Shown: in pieces, positions 52,268 through 61,414 of the stretch | Layout: every line of letters begins with the position of its first letter | Position numbering within the stretch: the first letter of the stretch is position 1 | NCBI GenBank assembly: GCA_963791455.1 | Contig: CAWBSM010000003.1 | Location: forward strand, 575,068-639,067 | Length of the DNA: 64,000 nt | Source: an uncultured Acidimicrobiaceae bacterium | Lineage (GTDB): Bacteria > Actinomycetota > Acidimicrobiia > Acidimicrobiales > RAAP-2 | Direction: 5' to 3' | Translations under genes and position numbers: made by a program | Notes under the pieces: model-generated | Told to the model about the DNA's origin: nothing | The model's input: the letters and a program-made list of their open reading frames with translations, nothing else | Databases searched by the model: none

Positions 52268-53074
52268 GGTGCCGGCTCTTCGCGCACCTCGCGGATGTAG
52301 CCCACCAATTCGTGCACGCTCGGCGAATCGAGCCAGGCCGTGAGGTCGACGTCGTACATGGTCGTCGGCTCGGGTCCCTGGTCCAGGAAGTGGGGCTCGG
52401 ACGCCATGAACCGGCCGTCCATCAGGCGCACCTCGGTCAGCACCTCCGCGTAGGGAAGGCTGCTGGCCGCCGGGGAGCCGAAGCCGAAGACACGTTCGGA
52501 ACCGAGCACCGCGTTCGCGCTGGCCCGGCCCGTCAGATACGGCCGGTAGTCGTTCCGCTCGAGCTCCCCGGCGTAGGCCTCGAGGATGTGCAGGGCGCGC
52601 TCGAGGATCTTGTGGTCGAAGCCGTAGAAGACGTTGGGGGCGGGGAGGTCGCCCCACACGCCCCACAGCCACCAGCGCACCGAGGGAGGCAGCGTCGTCA
52701 TGGCGCGTTGGACGCCCCGGCCGACGGTCTCGTGGCCGTGGTGCACGTCGTGGGGCGACGGGGAGGCCACGATCGAAGCGTCGTGTTCTCGCACGATCCC
52801 CGGGAGCTCGGCGGCGATGCGCCGGGCGGCCAGGGCCAGGTCCGCGTCGAGGTCGAGGTTGAGTGGCGGGTCCAAGAAGACGGGGACGAAGCCGGACCCG
52901 GCGCGCCGCCTCCTCGGCCTCGGCCCGGCGGCGGTCCCACTGCCCCGCGAACCCGAGGCTGGCGACGACGCTGACCACGGTCCAGCCCCGGTCCAACAGA
53001 TGGAGGAGTGCGGCGGGGCAGCCCACGGCCTCGTCGTCGGGATGCGGAGCGACGTGGACGACGGTGGGGGCCAC
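52264..53074 (-). pseudogene. PIG-L/LmbE-family deacetylase interrupted by a 1-nt frameshift
   Basis: From GTG 53074 the N-terminal frame reads VAPTVVHVAPHPDDEAVGCPAALLHLLDRGWTVVSVVASLG...RRAEAEEAARR and then decays. The continuation ...AGSGFVPVFLDPPLNLDLDADLALAARRIAAELPGIVREHDASIVASPSPHDVHHGHE... is in the frame of track ORF 52264..52875. The switch is at about 52895..52912. Confidence 0.6.
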
Positions 53075-53112
53075 GACGATGCAGGTTACGCGCCCGGTGG
53101 CACTATTTGGTC

Positions 53113-54000
53113 ATGCGACGGTTGGTTCCCTGGGCCTTGCTGGGGCTCGTCGTTCTGGGGGCGGGACTGGCCGCGGCCCTGGGCGCCCTGTCGCCCGGCG
53201 CACCTCGCCCCCCGGGCGCGACGCCGTCGCAGTGGGTGGCCGATCTGTTGGCGCGAACCGCCGCGTCCGGATCGGCCCGCTTCAGCTACACGCACGTCTC
53301 GACGAGCACGAGCGTGGCCTACTCGGGTCGGATCGCCGGCAACGGCGAGATCGATTTCCGGTCCGGGTCGGTCGAGGCCACCGAGCTCGACCACCAGACG
53401 GAGTTCACGTCGAGCGCGGGCGGGCCGACCCACCCGGAGCGGACGGCGACCCGGGCCGAGTTCATCGGGATCGGCACGACTCTGTACCAGTCGTTCGCGC
53501 CGGCGGGGCTCGACGTGTTTCCGTGGACCAAGATGTCGTGGCACCGCGATCCGCGCCAGCAGCTCGGCCTGACCTTCGTGGGCGACGCCGCCGTGGCCCT
53601 GGGTGAGCTCGCAGGGTCACGGCACGTGGTCGGCGTGCGCGCGTTGGGTGCGGCGACCGTTGGGGGCGTGGCGACGACCCGCTACGAATTGTCGACGGCT
53701 CCCGTGTGCAAGCCCGTCCATCCCTCCCCGCTGGTGGAGACGGAGGGCCCGACCTTCGTGTGGGTCGACGCCCAAGGCCGCCTGGTGCAGATCACGGGTT
53801 CCCTACGTCTCAGCGGCCATCTCCCCCCGGCGGCGCAGAGCACGTTTCGTGCGCTCGGACCGGTGGCCCCGGTGACCACCACCGACACGCTCCGTCTCTC
53901 GGCCTTCGGCGTGCCCGTTCACATCGAGGCCCCGACGAACCTGCTCACCCACCAAGCCTCCGGCGGCGTGATCATCGCCCGCCTCAGCTGCCAGTCATAG
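53113..54000 (+). CDS. secreted/membrane-anchored hypothetical protein
   Basis: Track ORF 53008..54000. ATG 53113 gives MRRLVPWALLGLVVLGAGLAAALGALS (signal/TM). CACTAT lies 6 nt upstream and there is no SD. Confidence 0.75.
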   Translation: MRRLVPWALLGLVVLGAGLAAALGALSPGAPRPPGATPSQWVADLLARTAASGSARFSYTHVSTSTSVAYSGRIAGNGEIDFRSGSVEATELDHQTEFTSSAGGPTHPERTATRAEFIGIGTTLYQSFAPAGLDVFPWTKMSWHRDPRQQLGLTFVGDAAVALGELAGSRHVVGVRALGAATVGGVATTRYELSTAPVCKPVHPSPLVETEGPTFVWVDAQGRLVQITGSLRLSGHLPPAAQSTFRALGPVAPVTTTDTLRLSAFGVPVHIEAPTNLLTHQASGGVIIARLSCQS

Positions 54001-54004
54001 CCGA

Positions 54005-54667
54005 TCAGAGATGCCGGACGGCCAGCACGGCGAGGGCCGGACCGAGCCGACCCTCGCCGTGCTCGATGCGTGCGTCGGTGAACCCCGCCTCGCGGCAGAC
54101 GGCAGCGAAGGCCGCTGCTTCCTCGTCGTTCCATCCGCGCCGACCGTGGCCGTGTCCCTGGCCCGGGCCCTGGCCCGGGGGGCCGGGCTCCACACCGGCC
54201 ACTTGGTGCTCGAGGATCAACAGGCGGCCCCCGGGTCGCAGCACGCGGCGCAGCTCGGCCAGCGCCTGCTCGACGTCGGCCCAGTGGTGGGCCGTCGCCA
54301 GCGACCAGGCCACCGAGGCCGATCCGTCCTCGAGGGGCAGCGCCTCGGCCGTGCCCTCGACGTAGGTGATGGCGCGTCCCGACACCAGGCGACCCAGGCG
54401 GAGCATCGGCGGGGCCGGGTCCACCCCCGTACAGGTCGCCCCGCGGCGGCGTGCCTCCCGCAGCGCCACGCCGGGACCGCAGCCCACGTCGACGACGTCA
54501 TCGCCGGCACCGATCCCGGTGAGGTCACAGGCCAGGCGGGCGTTCTTCTTTCCGGCCAACAGAAACTCCAGCCCCAGGACGAAGCCGCTGAACCCGTGAA
54601 AGGACTGGTCACCGCCGTCGTGGCGGTGGCGGTGGTGGTCGTGGCCGGACGTCTCGCTGGTGTCCAT
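54005..54667 (-). CDS. class I SAM-dependent methyltransferase with His-rich N-terminus
   Basis: Has VVDVGCGPGVAL (motif I) and LRPGGRLLILE. The N-terminus is MDTSETSGHDHHRHRHDGGD. Confidence 0.88.
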   Translation of the reverse strand: MDTSETSGHDHHRHRHDGGDQSFHGFSGFVLGLEFLLAGKKNARLACDLTGIGAGDDVVDVGCGPGVALREARRRGATCTGVDPAPPMLRLGRLVSGRAITYVEGTAEALPLEDGSASVAWSLATAHHWADVEQALAELRRVLRPGGRLLILEHQVAGVEPGPPGQGPGQGHGHGRRGWNDEEAAAFAAVCREAGFTDARIEHGEGRLGPALAVLAVRHL

Positions 54668-54760
54668 GGGTCCTCGCGACGAGCCTCGCAGACCGCGTCC
54701 GCCACCGCCCCTCCCTGCGTCACGACCGATTCCTAGAACATTCTTTACAGATTACTCTGA

Positions 54761-54772
54761 ATAGAATACTAT
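54761..54772. promoter_or_regulatory. AT-rich palindromic box (ATAGAATACTAT), instance g, at the PadR gene start
   Basis: It contains TAGAAT and TACTAT. TACTAT is 7 nt upstream of ATG 54780. An AGAAcaTTCT palindrome is at 54735..54744. Confidence 0.45.
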
Positions 54773-55421
54773 GCATCGTATGCCTAGATGGTCCCGCTCG
54801 AACCCATTGGCCCTGGCGGTGCTCGTCTGCCTGTACGAGAAGCCGATGCACCCCTACGAGGTGGCGCAGACCCTGCGGCAGAGGGCCAAGCAGGAGAGCG
54901 TCCGTCTCAATTACGGCTCTCTCTACGCGGTGGTCGAGGTGCTGGAGAAGAAGGGCCTCATCAAGGCCACCGGCACCGTGCAGGAGGGGAAGCGCCCCCA
55001 ACGCACCGTGTACGAGATCACCGAGGACGGCACCCGGGAGATGGACGACTGGATGACCGAGCTCATCGGCGTGCCGGCCAAGGAGTATCCGGCCTTCATG
55101 GCCGGCCTCTCCTTCATCCCCTCCCTCGACCCCGACGACGCCCTCGTGGCACTGCGTTCACGCGCCGACGCGCTCAAGATGAAGTTGGTCGGCCTCCGGA
55201 GCGCCATGGCGGCGGCCCACGAGGGGGGATTGCCGAGACTGTTCGAGCTGGAGACCGAGTACGAAGAGGGTCAGCTCGTCGCCGAGCTGAAGTTCGTCAA
55301 CGGGATCATCGAGGACATGGCGGCGGGCACGCTCGAGGGCTTGGACATGTGGCGGATGTTCCACACCGAGGGATTCGACTCCGAGGAGGTGCAGTTCAAC
55401 TTCGACCTCAGCCCTGAATGA
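54771..55421 (+). CDS. PadR family transcriptional regulator
   Basis: NPLALAVLVCLYEKPMHPYEVAQTLRQRAKQESVRLNYGSLYAVVEVLEKKGLI (PadR winged helix). ATG 54780 is an equally good, probably leaderless, start. Confidence 0.9.
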   Translation: MHRMPRWSRSNPLALAVLVCLYEKPMHPYEVAQTLRQRAKQESVRLNYGSLYAVVEVLEKKGLIKATGTVQEGKRPQRTVYEITEDGTREMDDWMTELIGVPAKEYPAFMAGLSFIPSLDPDDALVALRSRADALKMKLVGLRSAMAAAHEGGLPRLFELETEYEEGQLVAELKFVNGIIEDMAAGTLEGLDMWRMFHTEGFDSEEVQFNFDLSPE

Positions 55422-55425
55422 CCCA

Positions 55426-55451
55426 GGGCCGCGTGTTGCACCACGCGGCCC
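55426..55451 (+). terminator. strong hairpin (terminator/attenuator) between padR and the ABC ATPase gene
   Basis: GGGCCGCGTG-ttgcac-CACGCGGCCC forms a 10-bp GC stem 5 nt after the padR stop. Confidence 0.55.
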
Positions 55452-55564
55452 CGAGCCCACACGACCACGAGCCCGACCCACGAGGGGCCCTCGCCCGAGG
55501 CAGCACTCCACAGCGTAGGCGACCTCCTTGCGACGGGCTCGAAACGACGAAAGGAGGCGCGCCC

Positions 55565-56527
55565 ATGGACGCGCTCATCGAGGCCGACGGCCTCAGCAAG
55601 AAATTCGGGAAGGTCCAGGCCCTCTCCGATCTGACCCTGATGCTGCCGAGCGGCCGGCCCGTGGCCATCCTCGGTCCCAACGGCGCCGGCAAGACCACCT
55701 TTATCCGCATGGTGGCGACGTTGCTCCAGCCCGACCGCGGCACGCTGCGCGTCTGCGGCCACGACGTGGTGCGCGAGCCGATGGCGGTGCGCCGCATGAT
55801 CGGGCTGGCCGGCCAGTCCGCCGCGGTCGAGGAGATGATGACCGGGCGGGAGAACGTGGTGATGGTGGCCCGTCTCTACGGGCAGTCGGCCCGCGCGGCC
55901 AAGCAGAACGCCGAACGGATCCTCGAAATGATGGACCTGACCGACGCGGCCGACCGGCTGGTGCGCACGTACTCGGGGGGCATGCGGCGGCGGCTCGACC
56001 TCGGGGCGAGCCTGGTCGGCTCGCCGCGTGTGCTGCTGCTCGACGAGCCGACCACCGGCCTCGATCCCGGCAGCCGCAACGAGGTGTGGGACGGCATCCG
56101 TGAGATGAGTTGGGCCGGGACCGACATCGTGCTGACGACGCAGTATCTCGACGAGGCCGATCACCTGGCCGCCTCCATCGTGATCATCGACCAAGGCCGC
56201 GTCATCGCGCAAGGAACGCCCGACGAGCTCAAGCGGCGGGTCGGCGCCGACATGATCGAGTTGCACACGGTCGACGTGCCGACCATGCAGCGCGCCGCCG
56301 AGGTGCTCGGCTCGCTCGGCTTGGCCGAACCGGCTACCGACCCCGCCACGCGGCGCTGCTCCCTCGCCGCCCCGGACGGCCCGCGGCTCCTGCCCGTCGT
56401 CGTGCGCGCCCTCGACGACGCCGCCGTGCCGGTGGAGGACATTGCGCTCCGCCGGCCCACCCTCGACGAGGTGTTCCTCGCCCTGACCGGGCACTCCACC
56501 ACCACTCCGAAGGAGGACGCAGCATGA
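55565..56527 (+). CDS. ABC transporter ATP-binding protein (DrrA-like)
   Basis: Track ORF 55418..56527. ATG 55565 sits behind aaaggagg. Has [20 protein letters not shown] and LLLDEPTTGLD. Confidence 0.92.
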   Translation: MDALIEADGLSKKFGKVQALSDLTLMLPSGRPVAILGPNGAGKTTFIRMVATLLQPDRGTLRVCGHDVVREPMAVRRMIGLAGQSAAVEEMMTGRENVVMVARLYGQSARAAKQNAERILEMMDLTDAADRLVRTYSGGMRRRLDLGASLVGSPRVLLLDEPTTGLDPGSRNEVWDGIREMSWAGTDIVLTTQYLDEADHLAASIVIIDQGRVIAQGTPDELKRRVGADMIELHTVDVPTMQRAAEVLGSLGLAEPATDPATRRCSLAAPDGPRLLPVVVRALDDAAVPVEDIALRRPTLDEVFLALTGHSTTTPKEDAA

Positions 56528-57372
56528 CCATGGACCTCACCCTCGACCCGCCCCGCCAGGCCCGGGGCCCCGTCGCCGAGGCGACCAACCAGGGGGCGTC
56601 GTATCTCGTCGCTTCCGGCCAGGTGGCCGCCCGGACGCTCAAGAAGTTCGTCCGCTCCCCGGCGCTGATCGTCGCCGGGACCGCCCAGGGCGTGCTCTTC
56701 CTCCTCATCTTCCGTTACGTCTTTGGCGGGGCGATCGCCCACACCGGAGCCCTCGACTACGTGGATTTCCTGGTGCCGGGGTTCGTCGTGACCGGCGTGC
56801 TCTTCCAGGGCATGAGCGCGGCCAGCGGCGTGGCCGACGACCAGGCGGGTGGGCTCTTCGACCGGCTGCGCTCGCTGCCCATCCGGTTGTTGTCCATCGT
56901 CACGGGCCGCGTGGGCGCCGACTCCGCGCTCGTGGCCTGGGGGGTGATCGTCATGACTGCGGTGGGCTTCGCGGTCGGCTTCCGCGTCGGCGGCTCCGCG
57001 GCCGACGCGCTGGCGGCCTTCGGACTCACGATCCTCTACGGCTTCGCCTTCGTGTGGATGTTCATCTTCATGGGTCTGGCGGCGGGAAGCCCACAGGCGG
57101 CCCAGGGCCTGTCGTTCCTGGTCTTCCCCTTGAGCTTCGTCTCGTCGGCCTATGTGCCGATCGCGACCATGCCCGGCTGGATGCAGGCCTTTGCCGCCAA
57201 CCAGCCCATGACGCAGATGATCAACACCGTGCGCCTGTTGACGGGCGGCCCGGCGGCGCAGCAGCTGCTCGGCCACCCGCTCTCGTACTACCTGGTGCGC
57301 TCGCTCTTGTGGACGGCGGGGCTCGTGCTGGTGTTCGCGCCGCTGGCCGTGCGCAGGCTGCGGACGACCTGA
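56524..57372 (+). CDS. ABC-2 type transporter permease (DrrB-like)
   Basis: This is the last 282 codons of track ORF 56110..57372, with an ATGA overlap with the ATPase gene. It has six hydrophobic segments. Confidence 0.88.
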   Translation: MTMDLTLDPPRQARGPVAEATNQGASYLVASGQVAARTLKKFVRSPALIVAGTAQGVLFLLIFRYVFGGAIAHTGALDYVDFLVPGFVVTGVLFQGMSAASGVADDQAGGLFDRLRSLPIRLLSIVTGRVGADSALVAWGVIVMTAVGFAVGFRVGGSAADALAAFGLTILYGFAFVWMFIFMGLAAGSPQAAQGLSFLVFPLSFVSSAYVPIATMPGWMQAFAANQPMTQMINTVRLLTGGPAAQQLLGHPLSYYLVRSLLWTAGLVLVFAPLAVRRLRTT

Positions 57373-57373
57373 C

Positions 57374-58882
57374 CTATCGGCGTCCGAACGGCTCGTCCGG
57401 CGGTTCGCCGTTCTGCAGGACGGCGTTGACGGCGGCGCGGAGGCGCTCTTGCGAGTCGATCATCCAATCGATGTAGAAGGCGTAGTCCTCGACCGTGGTG
57501 ACGTCACCCTCGCTGTAGTCGGCGACGCGGTAGGCGCCACGGTCGGGAAGACGTTCCCACGAGAGTGGGCCGCCGTAGACCGACTCGACGAAGGCCTGCT
57601 GGGACTGGAGCACCTCGAACTGCGCCGCACTCGCCTCGGCCGAGCCGAGGTCGACGTAGAAGTCCGAACGCAGCCGACCGCCGGCGGCGAAGGCGAGCCC
57701 GTAATGAGTGCCCTTGACGGGGGAGGGCAGGGTGATGAAGTTCTGTGCCGGCAGCGTGGACATCTGGGTCCAGTCACTGTGGCGTTGGCGCACTCTGTCC
57801 AACCAGCGCGACCAATACTCGCGGTAGAGCGAGCCCTTGCCTCCGTTGAGCGGGCCGGCGAGTTCGAGGAGGGTCCAGCCGGTGCGGTCGCGCCACCACT
57901 GGGTGCCGAACCAGTCGCGGCTGACGCCGGTGGCTTGTTCGATGATGTGCCGCACGAGAGCAGCCGGTGTGTAGGCCGCCTTGTCGACGTCCCACACCAA
58001 CGGCGCGTTGATGTTGTTCTGCCAGTGCGCGGTTCGCCGGGCCGGGTCCTCGTGCAGCCACTCCTCGAGCTGGCTGCGCATGTCGAAGCTGAGGTCGCTG
58101 CGGGGGCTGAAGGTGAAGATGGTGCCGTCGGCCACGGTCTCGGCGGTGACGAGCCGACGCACGTTGCTGGCGTCCTGGACGCGGCGGCGTGATTCTGCGA
58201 TTTGCTTTGCCAGCTGCCGCTCGGGGCTGATGGTGAACTCCTCGACCTCGCGCAGGGGATACACCTGGTTGACCGAGATCATGGGGACGTTGGCACTGCC
58301 CATTTGCCCGTAGACGTAGGAACGGAACGCACTGATCTGCACGAGAGAGATGTCGAGGCCCATCTCGCTCAGCCAGACGACGCTGGCGGTGAGGACGGGC
58401 GAGAAGTCCCGGGCGAGGAGCGCGATGCGGGGACGGCGAAGCGACTCCTGGGACAGGTTGGGGGCGTGGGCCTGCAGGTCGGCCAGCGCCTCGTCAGCCG
58501 TCATGGGCACCTGGCGCCGGGACTGGAACCGGGCGTATTGGTCGGCCAGGGTCTCGGGCAGGGTCCGACTGGCCATCGCCGCGTACTTGATCGCGGAGAC
58601 CTCGGTGTCGGGCGTGCGGGCCGCCTTCAGCTCGGCGACGACCAAGCGACCGTCCGCGCCGAGGCCGAGCACCGTGATGCGGTCACGACTGGGGACTGCT
58701 GACGCCGGGATCCCCTCGAACTCGAAGGTGATCACCTTGACGGCCGGACCCAGCACGGCGGGGTTCGAGAGCACCCACTCCTGGAGATCGGCGCGCTCCT
58801 CGAGACCCGCCTCTTGAAGGGAGATCATTTGCGCCGGCATCGCGACGGATCCGGCAACGGTGAAGAGCATCTCTTCTGCCAT
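57374..58882 (-). CDS. orphan PD-(D/E)xK (NucS/DUF91-like) nuclease domain protein with DUF4357-like middle and DUF4268-like C-terminal regions
   Basis: Track ORF 57374..58930, with ATG 58882 preferred. The N-terminus has ERADLQEWVLSNPAVLG...DRITVLGLGADGRLVVAELKAAR (D...ExK). The middle has YTPAALVRHIIEQATG...WWRDRTGWTLLEL. The C-terminus has YWSRWLDRV...GTHYGLAFAAGGRLRSDFYVDLGS...GPLSWERLP. Domain names are from memory. Confidence 0.8.
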   Translation of the reverse strand: MAEEMLFTVAGSVAMPAQMISLQEAGLEERADLQEWVLSNPAVLGPAVKVITFEFEGIPASAVPSRDRITVLGLGADGRLVVAELKAARTPDTEVSAIKYAAMASRTLPETLADQYARFQSRRQVPMTADEALADLQAHAPNLSQESLRRPRIALLARDFSPVLTASVVWLSEMGLDISLVQISAFRSYVYGQMGSANVPMISVNQVYPLREVEEFTISPERQLAKQIAESRRRVQDASNVRRLVTAETVADGTIFTFSPRSDLSFDMRSQLEEWLHEDPARRTAHWQNNINAPLVWDVDKAAYTPAALVRHIIEQATGVSRDWFGTQWWRDRTGWTLLELAGPLNGGKGSLYREYWSRWLDRVRQRHSDWTQMSTLPAQNFITLPSPVKGTHYGLAFAAGGRLRSDFYVDLGSAEASAAQFEVLQSQQAFVESVYGGPLSWERLPDRGAYRVADYSEGDVTTVEDYAFYIDWMIDSQERLRAAVNAVLQNGEPPDEPFGRR

Positions 58883-59065
58883 TGGCCCTGGACAGGGTAT
58901 GACAAACGGTGATTGGAGCGCTTGAACCAAAAGTCACAGAAACGCTCAACGGACACCCAAAACTCGTGGTGAGACGCAATGTCATTGCGGCCCAGTTGTC
59001 ACTGACCCGAATTCATGACGGGCCAGAAGTTGCGGCCCGAATCACTCGTCGCGGTGGTCGGCGAC

Positions 59066-60478
59066 TCAGAACGGTGCGCCGGGAGCCACCAGCGGCCACG
59101 GACGTTCGACCTCGACGACGCGCGCCAAGTCCAACAGCAACGGCTCGGCGTGGCGGCGCCCGATGATCTGCATGGAGACCGGGAGCCCGTCGACCAGCCC
59201 GACGGGAACCGCGACGGCTGGGTGTCCCGTCGTGTTGGCGGGAATGGTCAAAGCGCCGTTGTTGCCGAGCGCCGCTTCGAACCCGAACTCGGTCACGAGG
59301 TCGACCCCGTCGACCGTGGTCGGCATCGGCCCCTGCGCGCCGAAGGCGACGTCGGGATTGGTGGCACAGACGATGAAGTCGACCTGCTCGAAGGTCTGCG
59401 CCATCTGCACGATCGTCGTGCGGCGGAACGTCTCGATGTCCTTGGCGGTCTCGAGATTGTAGTGATTGGTCGCGATGTTGGCGGCCAGCATGATCTCGGG
59501 CGTGAGCTCGGATTCGCAGGCGGGGTAGCGGTCACCGAGCCCGACGAGCAGGCTGGACGTTCCGGCCAGCGCCCACTCCAAGCCGCCCCGCGGGAGGTCG
59601 ATGTCCACGTCGACCCGTTGCAGCCCGGCGTCCTTGATCAACAGGTCCGCGGCCTCCTCCACCTTCTCCCGCACCGCCCGCGCCACGAACGCAGCACCCA
59701 GGTCGATCGAGACGGCGACGCGCTTCCCCCGAACGTCTTGCTGCCCGAGCCCTGCTTCCCAACCACCGACCCGGGGCAGCGAGAACGGGTCGTACTCGTC
59801 GTACCCGTTGCACGCATCGAACCACCGGGCCGTGTCGCGCACCGAACGCGAGACGCACCCGAGGACGGCCGTGAGCGGCTCGATCTCGGTCTTCGGTCCC
59901 TTCGGGATGCGCCCGAACGTCGCCTTCAGACCGAACAGCCCGGTGAAGCCGGCCGGGATCCGGATCGACCCGCCGCCGTCACCGCCGGTGCACAGAGGCA
60001 ACAGCCCGCCGGCGACCGATGCCGCCGAGCCCCCGGAGGAGCCGCCGGGCGTACGTTCGAGGTCGTAAGGGTTCGAAGTGGCCCCGTGCAGGCGGGTGTA
60101 GGTGACGTTGATGCCACCGAATTCCGACGCCGTCGTCTGGCCGACGAGGACGGCGCCCGCTGCCCTCAACCGTGAGGTCATGGTGCCGTCGTAGTCCGAG
60201 ATGCGGTCCTTGAAGACCAACGACGCCTCGGTCTGGGGCCAGCCCCGTACCGGATCGAGCTCCTTCACGCCGACGGGTACCCCTCCAAAGGGGAGGGCGA
60301 CGTCGGCATTGGACGCCGTCTCCCTGGCCTGCTCCTCGTCGACGAAGCACACCGCGTTGAGTTTCGACTCCGCAATCGCGGCGAGGGAGGCCTCGAGCGC
60401 CTCGGTGGGCGAGATGGAGCCTGACCTGAAGGCGTCGACGAGGGAGCAGGCGTCTCCGGTCCATGGTTCTGCCGTCAT
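59066..60478 (-). CDS. amidase (amidase-signature family)
   Basis: Has GGSSGGSAASVAGGLLPLCTGGDGGGSIRIPA (AS signature with Ser-cisSer-Lys elements). Confidence 0.93.
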   Translation of the reverse strand: MTAEPWTGDACSLVDAFRSGSISPTEALEASLAAIAESKLNAVCFVDEEQARETASNADVALPFGGVPVGVKELDPVRGWPQTEASLVFKDRISDYDGTMTSRLRAAGAVLVGQTTASEFGGINVTYTRLHGATSNPYDLERTPGGSSGGSAASVAGGLLPLCTGGDGGGSIRIPAGFTGLFGLKATFGRIPKGPKTEIEPLTAVLGCVSRSVRDTARWFDACNGYDEYDPFSLPRVGGWEAGLGQQDVRGKRVAVSIDLGAAFVARAVREKVEEAADLLIKDAGLQRVDVDIDLPRGGLEWALAGTSSLLVGLGDRYPACESELTPEIMLAANIATNHYNLETAKDIETFRRTTIVQMAQTFEQVDFIVCATNPDVAFGAQGPMPTTVDGVDLVTEFGFEAALGNNGALTIPANTTGHPAVAVPVGLVDGLPVSMQIIGRRHAEPLLLDLARVVEVERPWPLVAPGAPF

Positions 60479-60556
60479 GATGCGCAGGCTACCGAACGGC
60501 GCTCTCGGCCAAACCGGGACCTCCCCACCCCTCCGGACGGCGGGAACCGGACGGCG

Positions 60557-61414
60557 CTATTCCGTCGTCCGCTTCTTGAAGTAGTGCGCCGCCAACGGAG
60601 CGGCCACCGCGAGGATCCCGACCGACCAGATCAGCGCCGACTCGACCGGGTGTTGCATCGGCCAGGCATGGATCGTCCCGGATGGGTTCGGGTTGTCCCA
60701 CAGGACACGAGCGCCCGCGATCACCGAGCTGACCGGGTTCCACGTCGCGATGGCCTGGAGCCACCCCGGCATGTGCTGGGTCGGCACGAAGGCGTTGGAG
60801 ACGAATGTCATCGGGAACAGCACGATGAAACCGAACGAGGCTGCCGACTCGGGACTCTTCGAGTTCAGCCCCACACAGGCGGAGACCCACGACACCCCGT
60901 AGGCGAAGAACAGCAAGAGGGCGAAGCCGCCCACGATCGAGATGTAGTTCGCGCCGGGGCGCCACCCGACGACGAGCCCGGTCAGCGCCACGATCAGCGC
61001 GCACAACACGGACGTCAACAGGTCGGCGACGGAGCGCCCGACCAGGACGGCGGAGCGCCACATCGGCAAAGTACGGAAGCGGTCGATCATCCCCTCATGA
61101 AGGTCGGTGCTCAATCCGACTGCCGTACCCATCGACGACGTGACCAGGTTCAGCGCCAAGATGCCCGCCAAGAGGTAGTCCACGTAGCTCCCGCCGCCCG
61201 GGATCGGGATGGCGCCGCCGAAGATGTAGACGAACAGCACCGTGAAGAGCAGGGGCTGGACCGTCACGTCCGAGAGTTGCATCGGCTCCCGCGAGATATG
61301 CACCAGGTTGCGCCGGGTCATGGCCCAGATGTCGCGCAGCGCACCGAGCACCTTCCCCGAAGGGTGCGGCAGGTCGAATCCGGCCGCGGGCCGCGTCAAC
61401 GCGGTCGTCGTCAT
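60557..61414 (-). CDS. ABC-2 type transporter permease (DrrB-like)
   Basis: 285-aa ORF with an ATGA overlap with the ATPase gene and six TM segments. It is a paralog of 56524..57372 (FGGAI, RFRTLPM/RLRSLPI, MPGW(L/M)QA). Confidence 0.9.
   Translation of the reverse strand: MTTTALTRPAAGFDLPHPSGKVLGALRDIWAMTRRNLVHISREPMQLSDVTVQPLLFTVLFVYIFGGAIPIPGGGSYVDYLLAGILALNLVTSSMGTAVGLSTDLHEGMIDRFRTLPMWRSAVLVGRSVADLLTSVLCALIVALTGLVVGWRPGANYISIVGGFALLLFFAYGVSWVSACVGLNSKSPESAASFGFIVLFPMTFVSNAFVPTQHMPGWLQAIATWNPVSSVIAGARVLWDNPNPSGTIHAWPMQHPVESALIWSVGILAVAAPLAAHYFKKRTTE

Noticed and set aside
58909-59166. 85-aa plus-strand ORF in the nuclease/amidase spacer
   Set aside because: Its codon usage is atypical, it runs antisense into the amidase 3' end, and its tail is Arg/Pro/Ala-rich.
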